NCBI GenBank assembly: GCA_029288775.1
Contig: JARIGQ010000006.1
Location: forward strand, 64,120-128,119
Length of the DNA: 64,000 nt
Source of the DNA: Candidatus Nomurabacteria bacterium
GTDB taxonomy: Bacteria; Patescibacteriota; Minisyncoccia; Phycocordibacterales; UBA5272
Direction of reading: 5' to 3'
Below are positions 19,558 through 29,129 of this stretch, one piece after another; the stretch's first letter is position 1, and every line of letters begins with the position of its first letter. The notes beneath the pieces were generated by a model. It did no database searches. It saw only the letters and a program-made list of their open reading frames with translations, and was not told the origin of the DNA. Made by a program: the position numbers and the translations under genes.

Positions 19558-20127
19558 ATGAAGGGCAAGTTCATCGTCTTTGGCGGGGTGAAGTCCCCCT
19601 GGCCCACCATCGAGGTGGTTCAGGAACACGTTCGTTCGAGCGGTGTCGAAACCGTGATCACCAGAGAACCTGGAGGTACGCCCTTTGCGGAGAATATCCG
19701 CAAGCTCCTCCTGGAAGGTGATCATGGTGGCGATTACGGAATCGTGCGAAGCCTCACTCGTGCTGCGCGTATCGAACATGAGCGCAAGGTTGTGGAACCG
19801 GCGCTCGAGCGGGGAGAGCATGTGCTCTGCGATTCCACCGACTATACCAAGTTCCACGAATGGGACACGGTCGTTTCCGAGCAGAGCTTGATCCATTCAG
19901 GTTTCGATCGCGAATGGTTGGTTGGCAAACCGACAATGCTCATCCTGTTCACTCCCTCCGAGATGGATCCGCGGCTCAGGACCATCTTCAACAATGTGGG
20001 GTACACGATGAACACAGGATTCATTTCCTGGGAGACTCTTGTGTACTACGTGGATCCCGGCGACATCCATTCGGTGGAAACGATGTTGGAAGCCTTGAAG
20101 GACCATCTTGCTTTCGAAATCGCCTGA
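19558..20127 (+). CDS. thymidylate-kinase-like protein with degenerate P-loop (TREPGGT present)
   Basis: ITREPGGTPFAENIRKLL dTMP-binding motif but FGGVKSPWPT in place of the G-x-x-G-x-GK-S/T P-loop; AAGGAGAAG SD before the ATG at 19558. Confidence 0.5.
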   Translation: MKGKFIVFGGVKSPWPTIEVVQEHVRSSGVETVITREPGGTPFAENIRKLLLEGDHGGDYGIVRSLTRAARIEHERKVVEPALERGEHVLCDSTDYTKFHEWDTVVSEQSLIHSGFDREWLVGKPTMLILFTPSEMDPRLRTIFNNVGYTMNTGFISWETLVYYVDPGDIHSVETMLEALKDHLAFEIA

Positions 20128-20203
20128 TCACTTCTTGGCCACAGCCCCGCTTGCGCGGGGCTGTTTTCTTTTTAATACTCAGCAAATAAGGTAGTATAGA
20201 TGC

Positions 20204-21904
20204 ATGAATTCCTATTCGGTTATCTATGAGGCGCTTGTAGACCTCTGCAAAAAACAGGGACTTATTGCCTCGTTTTCGCTTGATCAGCCCGACTTGGCGG
20301 AGCATGGTGATTATGCGACCAATATCGCTTTTACGCTTTCTAAATCACTCGGCAAATCTCCAAAAGAAACTGCAGACACCATTGCCATAGAGTTAGCAGC
20401 TTCACTTGAAGACACAATTGAAAAGATAGAGGTTGCTGGCCCTGGATTCATTAATTTCTTTTTGAAGGACGATGTTCGTACGGATGAAGCCGAAGCAGTT
20501 GCGGTAAGCGATATAGTAAATGAGAAAGGAAAAGGGAGCGTGCTTGTGGAATATACCGATCCAAATTGCTTCAAGGTATTTCATATCGGCCACTTGATGG
20601 CAAATACAATTGGTGAAGCAATAGCACGGCTCTATGAAGCAAGTGGGTATGACGTCCTGCGTGTATGTTATCCCTCCGATATTGGGTTAAACGTTGCCAA
20701 GGGTGTGTGGGGTGTTATGCAATTAGCCTCCGAAAAGCCCGATGAAAGTGCTTCGCTTAAAGAAAAAGTTGCTTTCTTAGGGAAAGCTTACGCGTATGCT
20801 CATCAAAAGTATGAAGAAAGCGAAGAAAATAAGCAGGCGATTGTAGAGGTGAACAAAGCTATCTATGCCGGAAACGACGCACAAGTAATGGGGGTGTATG
20901 CGGAAGGTCGGGCGCTTTCTTTGGAATATTTTGAAACCCTGTACGCAATGCTTGGAACAAAGTTTGATGCATACGTATATGAATCTGAAGTTGCAGATCC
21001 AGGAAAGGTGATTGTGAAAGCGTACATGGGAAGCATTTTTGAAGAATCTGAAGGAGCAATTGTATATAAAGGGGAGCAAGACGGATTACATACCAGAGTG
21101 TTTATTAATTCTGTGGGACTCCCTACATATGAGACCAAAGATATTGGCAACTACGAAAGGAAACTTTCTCTTCTTCCAAATGCGGATAGATATGTGGTAG
21201 TAACCGCCCAGGAGCAGGCCGAATATTTTAAGGTGATCAACAAAGTGGAAGAAAAACTCCACCCTGAGCTTACCGGAAAGCTGGTGCATATTAGTCATGG
21301 CATGATGCGTCTTGCATCCGGTAAAATGTCATCCCGAACAGGGAACGTAATTGGTGGGGAAGATTTGATTGATAAGATCAAGGAAGTGCTTTCTGCGCGA
21401 TTGGAAGATATGAAGGTAGAGGAAATAGATAAACCAAAACTTCTCAACGATATTGCAGTTGGTGCAGTGAAGTTTTCCATACTTAAGCAAGCACCGGGAA
21501 AAGATACGGTATTTGATTTTGAAAAATCTATCTCGTTTGAGGGGGACTCCGGTCCGTATTTGCAGTATACGCACGCTCGTATATGTGCGCTCTTGGATCG
21601 GGCGGAGGAGGTGGGGATTGATATTGAAAGCTATGCAATAGAACATCCAGAACGAGAACTTGAACAGGTAATCATTGGTTATAATCAAGCACTTGAAAAG
21701 GCATGTACGGAACTTGCCCCTCAATCAATTTTGCAACATCTTCTTAAGCTTACGCGCGCATTTAATAATATGTACGGCCGCGAGCAGATCATTCGCGATG
21801 ATAAGGAATTAAGTGCGTATTATATGATGCTTACGCAAGCGACAAAAAACATTTTAGGTCACGGACTTTCGACGCTTGGTATTGTGGCTCCGGAGAGGAT
21901 GTGA
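20204..21904 (+). CDS. argS: arginine--tRNA ligase
   Basis: 566 aa, HIGH-region FHIGHLMANTIGEAI and C-terminal DALR anticodon-binding region. Confidence 0.9.
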   Translation: MNSYSVIYEALVDLCKKQGLIASFSLDQPDLAEHGDYATNIAFTLSKSLGKSPKETADTIAIELAASLEDTIEKIEVAGPGFINFFLKDDVRTDEAEAVAVSDIVNEKGKGSVLVEYTDPNCFKVFHIGHLMANTIGEAIARLYEASGYDVLRVCYPSDIGLNVAKGVWGVMQLASEKPDESASLKEKVAFLGKAYAYAHQKYEESEENKQAIVEVNKAIYAGNDAQVMGVYAEGRALSLEYFETLYAMLGTKFDAYVYESEVADPGKVIVKAYMGSIFEESEGAIVYKGEQDGLHTRVFINSVGLPTYETKDIGNYERKLSLLPNADRYVVVTAQEQAEYFKVINKVEEKLHPELTGKLVHISHGMMRLASGKMSSRTGNVIGGEDLIDKIKEVLSARLEDMKVEEIDKPKLLNDIAVGAVKFSILKQAPGKDTVFDFEKSISFEGDSGPYLQYTHARICALLDRAEEVGIDIESYAIEHPERELEQVIIGYNQALEKACTELAPQSILQHLLKLTRAFNNMYGREQIIRDDKELSAYYMMLTQATKNILGHGLSTLGIVAPERM

Positions 21905-21944
21905 TCTTACTTGCACAACTTTTAAAGTGCGATAGTATACGTAT

Positions 21945-22140
21945 ATGGCGATGACGGGAGTAATCACCCCTGAGCTTCGGGAAGAAAGTCGAAAGGCAAG
22001 TAGAACCCAGTGAATGAGGTCCAAGAAGGGAAACCGACGAGGACAAATCAAGGTGGTACCACGGGAATCTTTTGAAACTCGTCCTTGGAAAGCAATATCA
22101 AACATTGCTTCTCAAGGACGAGTTTTTATTTTTAATTACA
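21945..22140 (+). promoter_or_regulatory. T-box riboswitch leader with terminator, upstream of ileS
   Basis: AAUCAAGGUGGUACCACGGG (22046-22066) matches the T-box consensus AGGGUGGNACCGCG; followed by the terminator CTCGTCCTTGG...CCAAGGACGAG + T-run (22078-22140); promoter TTGCAC-16-TAGTAT at 21910-21937. Confidence 0.55.
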
Positions 22141-22145
22141 AACAT

Positions 22146-25100
22146 ATGAACGATACACCCAAATCAATAAACGAAAAGGAACTAGAAACGCTTGCGTTCT
22201 GGAAAGAACATGCGATTTTTGAAAAGTCGGTGGAAACGCCAGCCGGGGATACACCCAAAGGATCCTTTTCATTTTATGATGGTCCACCATTTGCAACAGG
22301 TACTCCGCATATGGGGCATATTTTGGCTGGAACAATTAAGGATGCAATTCCGCGGTACCAAACGATGAAAGGTAATTCCGTCCGCCGTGTATGGGGATGG
22401 GATTGCCATGGGCTTCCAATTGAAAATTTGATTGAAAAGAAGCTCGGTCTTCAGTCAAAGAAAGATATTGAAAGCTTCGGTATAGATAAGTTTAATCGTG
22501 ACGCGTTTGAGTCAGTGCTTCAATATGAAGAGGAATGGAAGAAGGCAATTCCTCGATTGGGTCGTTTTGTAGATATGGAGCATCCCTACAAGACGATGGA
22601 TTGGAGTTATACCGAAAGCGTATGGTGGTCATGGAAAACTTTGTATGAAAAGGGGCTTGCTTACGAAGGGAACAAAATGATGCATATTTGTCCTCGTTGC
22701 GAGACACCGCTTGCACAATCTGAAGTAGGACTTGAATATCATGATGTTACTGACCTTTCGGTGACGGCAAAATTTGAGCTAGTGGATGAACCGGGAACAT
22801 ATGTACTTGCGTGGACAACAACGCCGTGGACTCTTCCGGGGAATACGGCACTTGCTCTAAAAGAGGATGCTCACTATGTAAAGGTTTCCATTGAAGGAAT
22901 GGGAGGGCTGTATGTGCTCGCTCAAGAAAGAATAGAAGAGGTGCTTAAAGAAATGAAGTACGAAGTGCGGGATACTTTTGTTGGCAGTTCACTTATCGGT
23001 AAATCATATAAGCCTGTATTCCCTTATTTTATAGACAAGAATATTGAAAACAAGGAACAGATCTGGAAGATTTGGCATGCAGAATTCATTACTCTTGATA
23101 CTGGAACTGGTATCGCCCATGAAGCTCCTGCTTTTGGTGCCGAAGATATGGATCTTGCAAAAGCACACACCATTCCCGTGATCAAGCATGTGAAGATGGA
23201 CGGAACGTTTACTGAGGATGTGACAGATTTTGCTGGCATGAAAGTGAAGGTTAAGGACGATACGCAATCTGCTGATATTGAGATCATTAAATATTTGGCA
23301 CACAACGGTTTGCTTTTCGAAAAGCATAAAATCGTCCACTCCTATCCACTCTGCTGGCGATGCAAGACTCCGCTTCTTAATTACGCGACATCGTCTTGGT
23401 TTGTGGATGTGCCAAAGATGAAGGAAAAGCTTTTAAATGAAAATCAAAAAATTGGTTGGACTCCAGACCATATTCGCGAGGGGCGATTTGGGAGATGGCT
23501 TGAAGGCGCACGGGAATGGGCCGTATCACGCTCGCGTTATTGGGGTGCGCCGCTTCCTGTGTGGAAGTCCGCTTCAGGTGACGTGAAAGTCATTGGCAGC
23601 TTAAAGGAGCTTGCGACCCTTTCTACAAAAAAGTCGAAGAATACTTATTTTGCAATTCGACACGGTGAAGCAAAGAGTAATATCGATAATATGCTCGATA
23701 GTTATGGTGATAAGAATAATCATCTGACGGATTTGGGTAAGGAACGCGCACGACATGCGGGACATTTTGCAAAAGAACAGGGAATAGATCTTATTATTCA
23801 TTCACCACTTCTACGTACGAGGGAAACGGCAGGCATCATTCATGAAGCGTGCGGCGCCTCCACAGTGGAAGATGTTCGACTGCAGGAATTCCAAGGAGGA
23901 ATCTTTTCTGGAAAACCTATTCACGAGCTCCGTTCATTTCAGCATTCCTCGACTTTCACCTTTGACTCCAAAGTGGAAAATGGAGAATCATATCGCGAAG
24001 TTATGCATCGTGTCATGTCACTTCTTCATGAGTGCGAAACAAAGTACAAAGGAAAGAAGATTCTTTTTGTGACTCATGGTTCTCCACTCTGGATGCTTCA
24101 AGCGGGAGCAGAATTAAAGACCGATGAGGAGCTTTATGGGGAAATTGCTTCCCATGAAGATACGTCTCCTGCCCACGCGCACGTCATTCCGATTAAGCCG
24201 CTTCTTGTGCCTCGAGATGAAACTGGTGCAATTAACCTTCATCGCCCGTATATTGATGAAGTTGAGTTAGAGATAGAAGGGAAGCTGTATAGGCGTATTG
24301 GAGATGTCTTTGATTGCTGGTATGAATCAGGCTCCATGCCGTTTGCGCAACTCCATTACCCCTTTGAGAATAAAGAGGTGTTTGATAAAAATTTCCCGGC
24401 AGACTTTATTGCTGAAGGGTTGGATCAGACCCGTGGGTGGTTCTATTCGCTGATTAATCTAGGGGTGGGCCTGTTTGATAAGGCTCCTTATAAGCATGTC
24501 ATTGTAAATGGTTTGGTGATGGCTGAAACTGGGCAAAAGCTCTCTAAAAGTGAAAAAAATTATACCGATCCCATGGAGCTTGTGGCGCGCTATGGAGCGG
24601 ATGCGGTGCGTTATGCTTTGCTTTCTTCACCAGTTGTAAAAGGGGAGAATGTTCAGTTTGGTGATAAAACAGTAGAAGATGTATATAAGAAGGTTATTCA
24701 GCGTTTGGAAAATGTCGTGTCTCTTTATGAAATGAATAAAGATACCTCCTACGAAGCAAACCCTGCTTCTCGTAATGTGCTTGATAGATGGATCGTCTCT
24801 CGTGTACATGAGCTCGTAGCAAGGGCAACTAAAGGATATGATACGTATACGCTTGATGAAGCAACCTACCCGCTTGATCAGTTCGTAGATGATTTGTCTG
24901 TATGGTATGTACGTCGCAGTCGAGATCGTCTTAAGGGGGATACCGGGGAAGAGGACAAAAGACTCTCTTATGAAACACTCACGTATGTATTGATCACGGT
25001 TGCTAAAGTGATTGCTCCCGTTATGCCATTTTTAGCGGAACGTTTGTATCAAACGGTGTGTACAGCTCGAGAGTCGGTGCACCTTGAAAGCTGGCCAGAG

Positions 25101-25574
25101 AGCGGAGTAATAGAGGAAGATGTTCTTACAGAAATGAGAAAAGTGCGGGAGGTTGTAACTCAAGCGCTTGCCAAGCGTACCGAAAGTAAGATTGCTGTCC
25201 GTCAACCGCTCGCGAAACTTACTGTTAAAGAAACAATCCATAAGGAGTATGAAGCAATTCTTCTTGATGAACTTAATGTTAAAGAGCTTGCAATCGATTC
25301 TTCGCTTGCCGAGCCATGTGTACTCGACACTGCACTTACTGAGACGCTCAAGCAAGAAGGCGACGTACGTAATCTTATGCGTGCAATTCAGGACGCTCGC
25401 AAGGAAAAGGGTCTTACCCCTAAGGATACAGTGACGCTGAGTGTTTCGTATACTGTACCAGATGCATTTAGGGACATGCTGATGGCTACTTGTCGTGTAG
25501 TTGCAATTGAAGAAGGTGAAGGTCCGTACGGAGCGGAAACATCTCAAGGAAGAATAACCTTCGATCTTCGTTAA
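22146..25574 (+). CDS. ileS: isoleucine--tRNA ligase, eukaryote-like type 2, with an inserted histidine-phosphatase (PGAM-like) domain
   Basis: FYDGPPFATGTPHMGHILAGTIKD is nearly identical to the human IARS motif; WTTTPWTLPGNTALAL editing domain; KLSKS; about 190-aa insert (RHGEAKSN...LLRTRETA...VTHGSPLW) between the catalytic core and ...GDVFDCWYESGS. Confidence 0.9.
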   Translation: MNDTPKSINEKELETLAFWKEHAIFEKSVETPAGDTPKGSFSFYDGPPFATGTPHMGHILAGTIKDAIPRYQTMKGNSVRRVWGWDCHGLPIENLIEKKLGLQSKKDIESFGIDKFNRDAFESVLQYEEEWKKAIPRLGRFVDMEHPYKTMDWSYTESVWWSWKTLYEKGLAYEGNKMMHICPRCETPLAQSEVGLEYHDVTDLSVTAKFELVDEPGTYVLAWTTTPWTLPGNTALALKEDAHYVKVSIEGMGGLYVLAQERIEEVLKEMKYEVRDTFVGSSLIGKSYKPVFPYFIDKNIENKEQIWKIWHAEFITLDTGTGIAHEAPAFGAEDMDLAKAHTIPVIKHVKMDGTFTEDVTDFAGMKVKVKDDTQSADIEIIKYLAHNGLLFEKHKIVHSYPLCWRCKTPLLNYATSSWFVDVPKMKEKLLNENQKIGWTPDHIREGRFGRWLEGAREWAVSRSRYWGAPLPVWKSASGDVKVIGSLKELATLSTKKSKNTYFAIRHGEAKSNIDNMLDSYGDKNNHLTDLGKERARHAGHFAKEQGIDLIIHSPLLRTRETAGIIHEACGASTVEDVRLQEFQGGIFSGKPIHELRSFQHSSTFTFDSKVENGESYREVMHRVMSLLHECETKYKGKKILFVTHGSPLWMLQAGAELKTDEELYGEIASHEDTSPAHAHVIPIKPLLVPRDETGAINLHRPYIDEVELEIEGKLYRRIGDVFDCWYESGSMPFAQLHYPFENKEVFDKNFPADFIAEGLDQTRGWFYSLINLGVGLFDKAPYKHVIVNGLVMAETGQKLSKSEKNYTDPMELVARYGADAVRYALLSSPVVKGENVQFGDKTVEDVYKKVIQRLENVVSLYEMNKDTSYEANPASRNVLDRWIVSRVHELVARATKGYDTYTLDEATYPLDQFVDDLSVWYVRRSRDRLKGDTGEEDKRLSYETLTYVLITVAKVIAPVMPFLAERLYQTVCTARESVHLESWPESGVIEEDVLTEMRKVREVVTQALAKRTESKIAVRQPLAKLTVKETIHKEYEAILLDELNVKELAIDSSLAEPCVLDTALTETLKQEGDVRNLMRAIQDARKEKGLTPKDTVTLSVSYTVPDAFRDMLMATCRVVAIEEGEGPYGAETSQGRITFDLR

Positions 25575-26140
25575 TGGCAATTGAAAAGCATACAACTGAA
25601 GCGATAGTTATAGAGCATTTTGATCAAGGAGAACATGACCGGGTATATAAGTTATTTACTCGTGACTTCGGTTTGGTCATGGCTCATGCTAAAAGTGTTC
25701 GCAAATTAGAGAGTAAGCTCCGTGCCCACATACAACCGCGCAGTGTTACCCTGGTAACGCTTGTGCGTGGAAAGGAGGTATGGCGGCTTGTCGGTGCGCA
25801 AGAAGAAAAAAGCAGAGATACGTTTGGGGGTCTTGGGCTTATGGAAGCCTCGCTTCTTATTAAGCGCCTTATTCGCGGAGAGGGGGCACATAAATCTCTG
25901 TATGCTCGAATCTTGGAATTTGCTTCTGTGGAGTCTTCGCTCGACAAGCAAAAAGCACGTTTACTTTTATATTACTTCATGTTGGTTGAGCTTGGGTATG
26001 CTGATGCTAAAGTGATAGGGGCTAAAGATCTTAAAGAATATATTTCTTGGAATATGCAGGATATGTATACTCATCTTCTTCTTTCGTTTGAGGGTGTACG
26101 GAAACACGTGTATGAAGTGTTAAAAGAAATCCAATTGTAA
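25574..26140 (+). CDS. recombination protein RecO-like (short)
   Basis: EAIVIEHFDQGEHDRVYKLFTRDFGLVMAHAKSVRK...WRLVGAQE resembles the RecO N-terminal OB fold; start overlaps the ileS stop. Confidence 0.5.
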   Translation: MAIEKHTTEAIVIEHFDQGEHDRVYKLFTRDFGLVMAHAKSVRKLESKLRAHIQPRSVTLVTLVRGKEVWRLVGAQEEKSRDTFGGLGLMEASLLIKRLIRGEGAHKSLYARILEFASVESSLDKQKARLLLYYFMLVELGYADAKVIGAKDLKEYISWNMQDMYTHLLLSFEGVRKHVYEVLKEIQL

Positions 26141-26173
26141 GTTAAGAAGGCTTATTTTTGCTATACTTACAGT

Positions 26174-28039
26174 ATGGATAACCAGGAAGATGAGGGGGCT
26201 CTGGAGTCACTTGAGTCAAAACTGTACGACCCTCGGGGAAAAATTGAAAACCTTACCTTTCACCACGTGCGAGACAGAAAGGAGAAAGAGCTTCCTACTT
26301 CATGGGGAGATGACGCTTTGGTTATACACGAATCAGAAGCTGAGAGCGGTCTTTCCTTTGGTGCCAAATTTTTAGTAGGAGCAGTCATTCTGCTTATCTT
26401 TGTGCTTGGTTTTGCAGCGTGGCGTGTTTTTTCAAATCGTAATGTTGTTTCAGATAAGAATATTGATCTTTCTTTAAACGTTGCGCCGTATGTGGATGGT
26501 GGAGAATCCACGCCACTTGTAGTGAACCTTACTAACAAAAACAATGTTCCTCTTGAAGAAGCCACTCTTACCCTCATGTATAAGCAGGGAATAAGCGCGG
26601 AAGATGAAGAGGAAAAAATTCAAGAAAAGGAATCCTTGGGAACTATTAATTCCGGAGAGTTTAAGCAGCAAGATTTTGATATTCAGTTGTATGGGAGCGA
26701 AGCCGAAACTCGTGACGTAACAGTAAAATTGGATTACAAGGTAAAGGGCTCCAACGCAGTGTTTAGTAAAACTGGCGTAGCGCATGTTGTACTTAAGACA
26801 CCGCCACTTTCCATTCAGGTGAGCGGACCGAAATTACTTTCCGTGGGTCAGACTGGGACATATGTCTTTACGGTGTATAACACTACTGCAACCACAAGTC
26901 AGCCGGCATTACTTCAAGCGACACTTCCAACCACGTTCCATTTAAGTGAACAATCTCCAGTGCCAAGTAATGCAAGAAATGAACTTTGGCCTATAGCGGC
27001 TCTAGCTCCCGGAGCGACAACTACTATTTCCATTACCGGAAGTTTGGGAGGCAACCAGGGTGAAACTGGCACCATAAAAGCGGCGGTTGGATCTCCTGGC
27101 GCTCAGCTTGCGTCGCTTGGTGTCGTCTATTCGTTGCAAACTTTTGATATCTCATTGAGAACCTCTCCACTCTCCACTTCATTTTCATTAGATACTCTAC
27201 GAGGCACAAGTGATACTTTGCTGTATGGTGACCGTGCAACTATTTCTATTCATTACAAGAATACGAGTTCGGACCCCATTCACGATACTCGTCTTGTGCT
27301 TTCCATTTCTGGAAACGCGCCGCTTATGAAAGGTGTTACTACCGATCGTGGGTATTATGATTCTTCGCAAGGAACCATTACCTGGGATAAGGCAACAGAT
27401 CCTCAATTCGGTGTCCTTGACCAAGGAGAAGAGGGAACGCTCATTGTAACCATTCCCATCGTGTCTTCTGGATCTAATTCTCCAAAACTTGAGCTTACCT
27501 TGGCAGGTGAGGGGACGCTTGCTTCACCGGATGATGTCACGACAACTATTTCTAAAACTTATGTTGTCCAAGGGAGTGCTAGTGTTTCCGGATCGGTGCA
27601 TTATAAAAATGCTCCGTTCCAAAATTCCGGACCCATTCCGCCACAGCCGAATGTGGACACTACGTATTCACTTCATTTTGGGGTTTCGGCTCAGAACGCG
27701 CTTCAAAACACCACTGTGTCTTTCATCTTACCGGCGTATGTAACATGGAAGAATCTTATCACTGGGGGCGCTAATGTGGCATACGATACCGGCACACGCA
27801 CGGTCACTTGGACAGTCGGCAATCTAGAAGCAGGAAAGACAACTGCAGTAGATATTGGCGTTTCGGTACGTCCTTCACAGGTGCATGTGGGTTCCATGCC
27901 ACCAATTACAAGCGGCATAGTACTTAATGCAGACGAAGTGGTTTCAAAGGCGCATATTAAGACCACACTCTCGCCTTTGACTACCTACATAAGTGGGGAA
28001 ACTTGGCCTACGGACCCTTCTACTGTGGTAGACAAATAG
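26174..28039 (+). CDS. membrane-anchored surface protein with repeated beta-sandwich (DUF11/CARDB-like) domains
   Basis: N-terminal TM, then about 550 aa of Thr/Ser/Gly-rich repeated modules. Confidence 0.4.
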   Translation: MDNQEDEGALESLESKLYDPRGKIENLTFHHVRDRKEKELPTSWGDDALVIHESEAESGLSFGAKFLVGAVILLIFVLGFAAWRVFSNRNVVSDKNIDLSLNVAPYVDGGESTPLVVNLTNKNNVPLEEATLTLMYKQGISAEDEEEKIQEKESLGTINSGEFKQQDFDIQLYGSEAETRDVTVKLDYKVKGSNAVFSKTGVAHVVLKTPPLSIQVSGPKLLSVGQTGTYVFTVYNTTATTSQPALLQATLPTTFHLSEQSPVPSNARNELWPIAALAPGATTTISITGSLGGNQGETGTIKAAVGSPGAQLASLGVVYSLQTFDISLRTSPLSTSFSLDTLRGTSDTLLYGDRATISIHYKNTSSDPIHDTRLVLSISGNAPLMKGVTTDRGYYDSSQGTITWDKATDPQFGVLDQGEEGTLIVTIPIVSSGSNSPKLELTLAGEGTLASPDDVTTTISKTYVVQGSASVSGSVHYKNAPFQNSGPIPPQPNVDTTYSLHFGVSAQNALQNTTVSFILPAYVTWKNLITGGANVAYDTGTRTVTWTVGNLEAGKTTAVDIGVSVRPSQVHVGSMPPITSGIVLNADEVVSKAHIKTTLSPLTTYISGETWPTDPSTVVDK

Positions 28040-28077
28040 CTCGTGCTAAGGCGAGCGCGCCGTGGTAGGATACAGGT

Positions 28078-29127
28078 ATGAAAGAAACAGTCTCCGTTTC
28101 CATAAGCTCGGGAACAATTGTGAAGACCATTTTATGGCTCACTATTTTTGCTGGTCTTTTCTATGTGCGTGATTTTGTGATTGCGCTTTTTGTTGCAGTA
28201 GTACTTGCTTCTGCTGCGGAAATACCAGTTCGCGCTCTTATGCGCCTTGGTCTTCCCCGTGGGATTTCTGTGGCATGTCTTTTTCTTTTCTTTGTAGCAC
28301 TTATTGCTGCCGCTTCTTTCATATTCATTCCACCACTTGTGGATGATATGGCTCGTTTTGTTCAGACACTTCCACAAGTGCTTGATTCCGTGCGTATCTT
28401 TGGTCGTGATATGGGATTCAAAGATCTTTCGTTATATGTTCAGGACCTCTCCAGGACTATAGACAAAGGACAGATTCTTACGGTGCTTAAAAATACGTTT
28501 TTTGGGGCAAGTGGTGTATTTGTAACCTCTGCGCGAGTGGTTGCAAGTGTATTTAACCTTGTGCTCACGTTTGTGCTTGCGTTTTATCTTGCTCTTGATG
28601 AAAAAGGGGTACAGAAATTTTTACGTCTCATTGTTCCCAAGGAGCATGAAAATTATGTAGAAGACCTTTGGATGCGTTCGCAGCGGAAAATTGGCTTGTG
28701 GATGCAAGGACAACTCCTCTTGTCGCTTCTGGTTTCGCTATTGGTATATATTCCAATGCTCATTCTAGGTATGCCGTATGCAGCTCTCTTAGGTGTGCTT
28801 GCTTTTATTGGCGAACTTATTCCCATTGTTGGCCTTACATTTGCGGCCATCCCTGCGCTTTTTTTAGCGTGGACGCATGGCGGCATGACACTCCTTGGTA
28901 TCGTTGCGCTTATTCTCTTTATCATTGGCCAGCTTGAAAATCATGTGCTGTATCCGCGCGTAATGAACAAGATGGTTGGTGTTCCTTCAGTGATTGTCAT
29001 CATTGCCTTGGTGATGGGGGCCAAGTTTGCAGGTATTTGGGGGGTGATTCTTTCGGTTCCGGTGGCAGCCATTTTCATGGAAGTGGCAACCGATCATAAT
29101 AAGCGCAAGCAAGGCTATATAGGCTAA
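28078..29127 (+). CDS. AI-2E family transporter (UPF0118)
   Basis: 8-TM protein with FVIALFVAVVLASA...P and C-terminal GELIPIVG / SVPV motifs. Confidence 0.7.
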   Translation: MKETVSVSISSGTIVKTILWLTIFAGLFYVRDFVIALFVAVVLASAAEIPVRALMRLGLPRGISVACLFLFFVALIAAASFIFIPPLVDDMARFVQTLPQVLDSVRIFGRDMGFKDLSLYVQDLSRTIDKGQILTVLKNTFFGASGVFVTSARVVASVFNLVLTFVLAFYLALDEKGVQKFLRLIVPKEHENYVEDLWMRSQRKIGLWMQGQLLLSLLVSLLVYIPMLILGMPYAALLGVLAFIGELIPIVGLTFAAIPALFLAWTHGGMTLLGIVALILFIIGQLENHVLYPRVMNKMVGVPSVIVIIALVMGAKFAGIWGVILSVPVAAIFMEVATDHNKRKQGYIG

Positions 29128-29129
29128 CT

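Noticed and set aside
22014-22145. Upstream extension of the IleS ORF to the Met at 22014
   Set aside because: This stretch is the T-box leader and terminator. Homology to IleRS begins at MNDTPKSINEKELETLAFWKE (ATG 22146).
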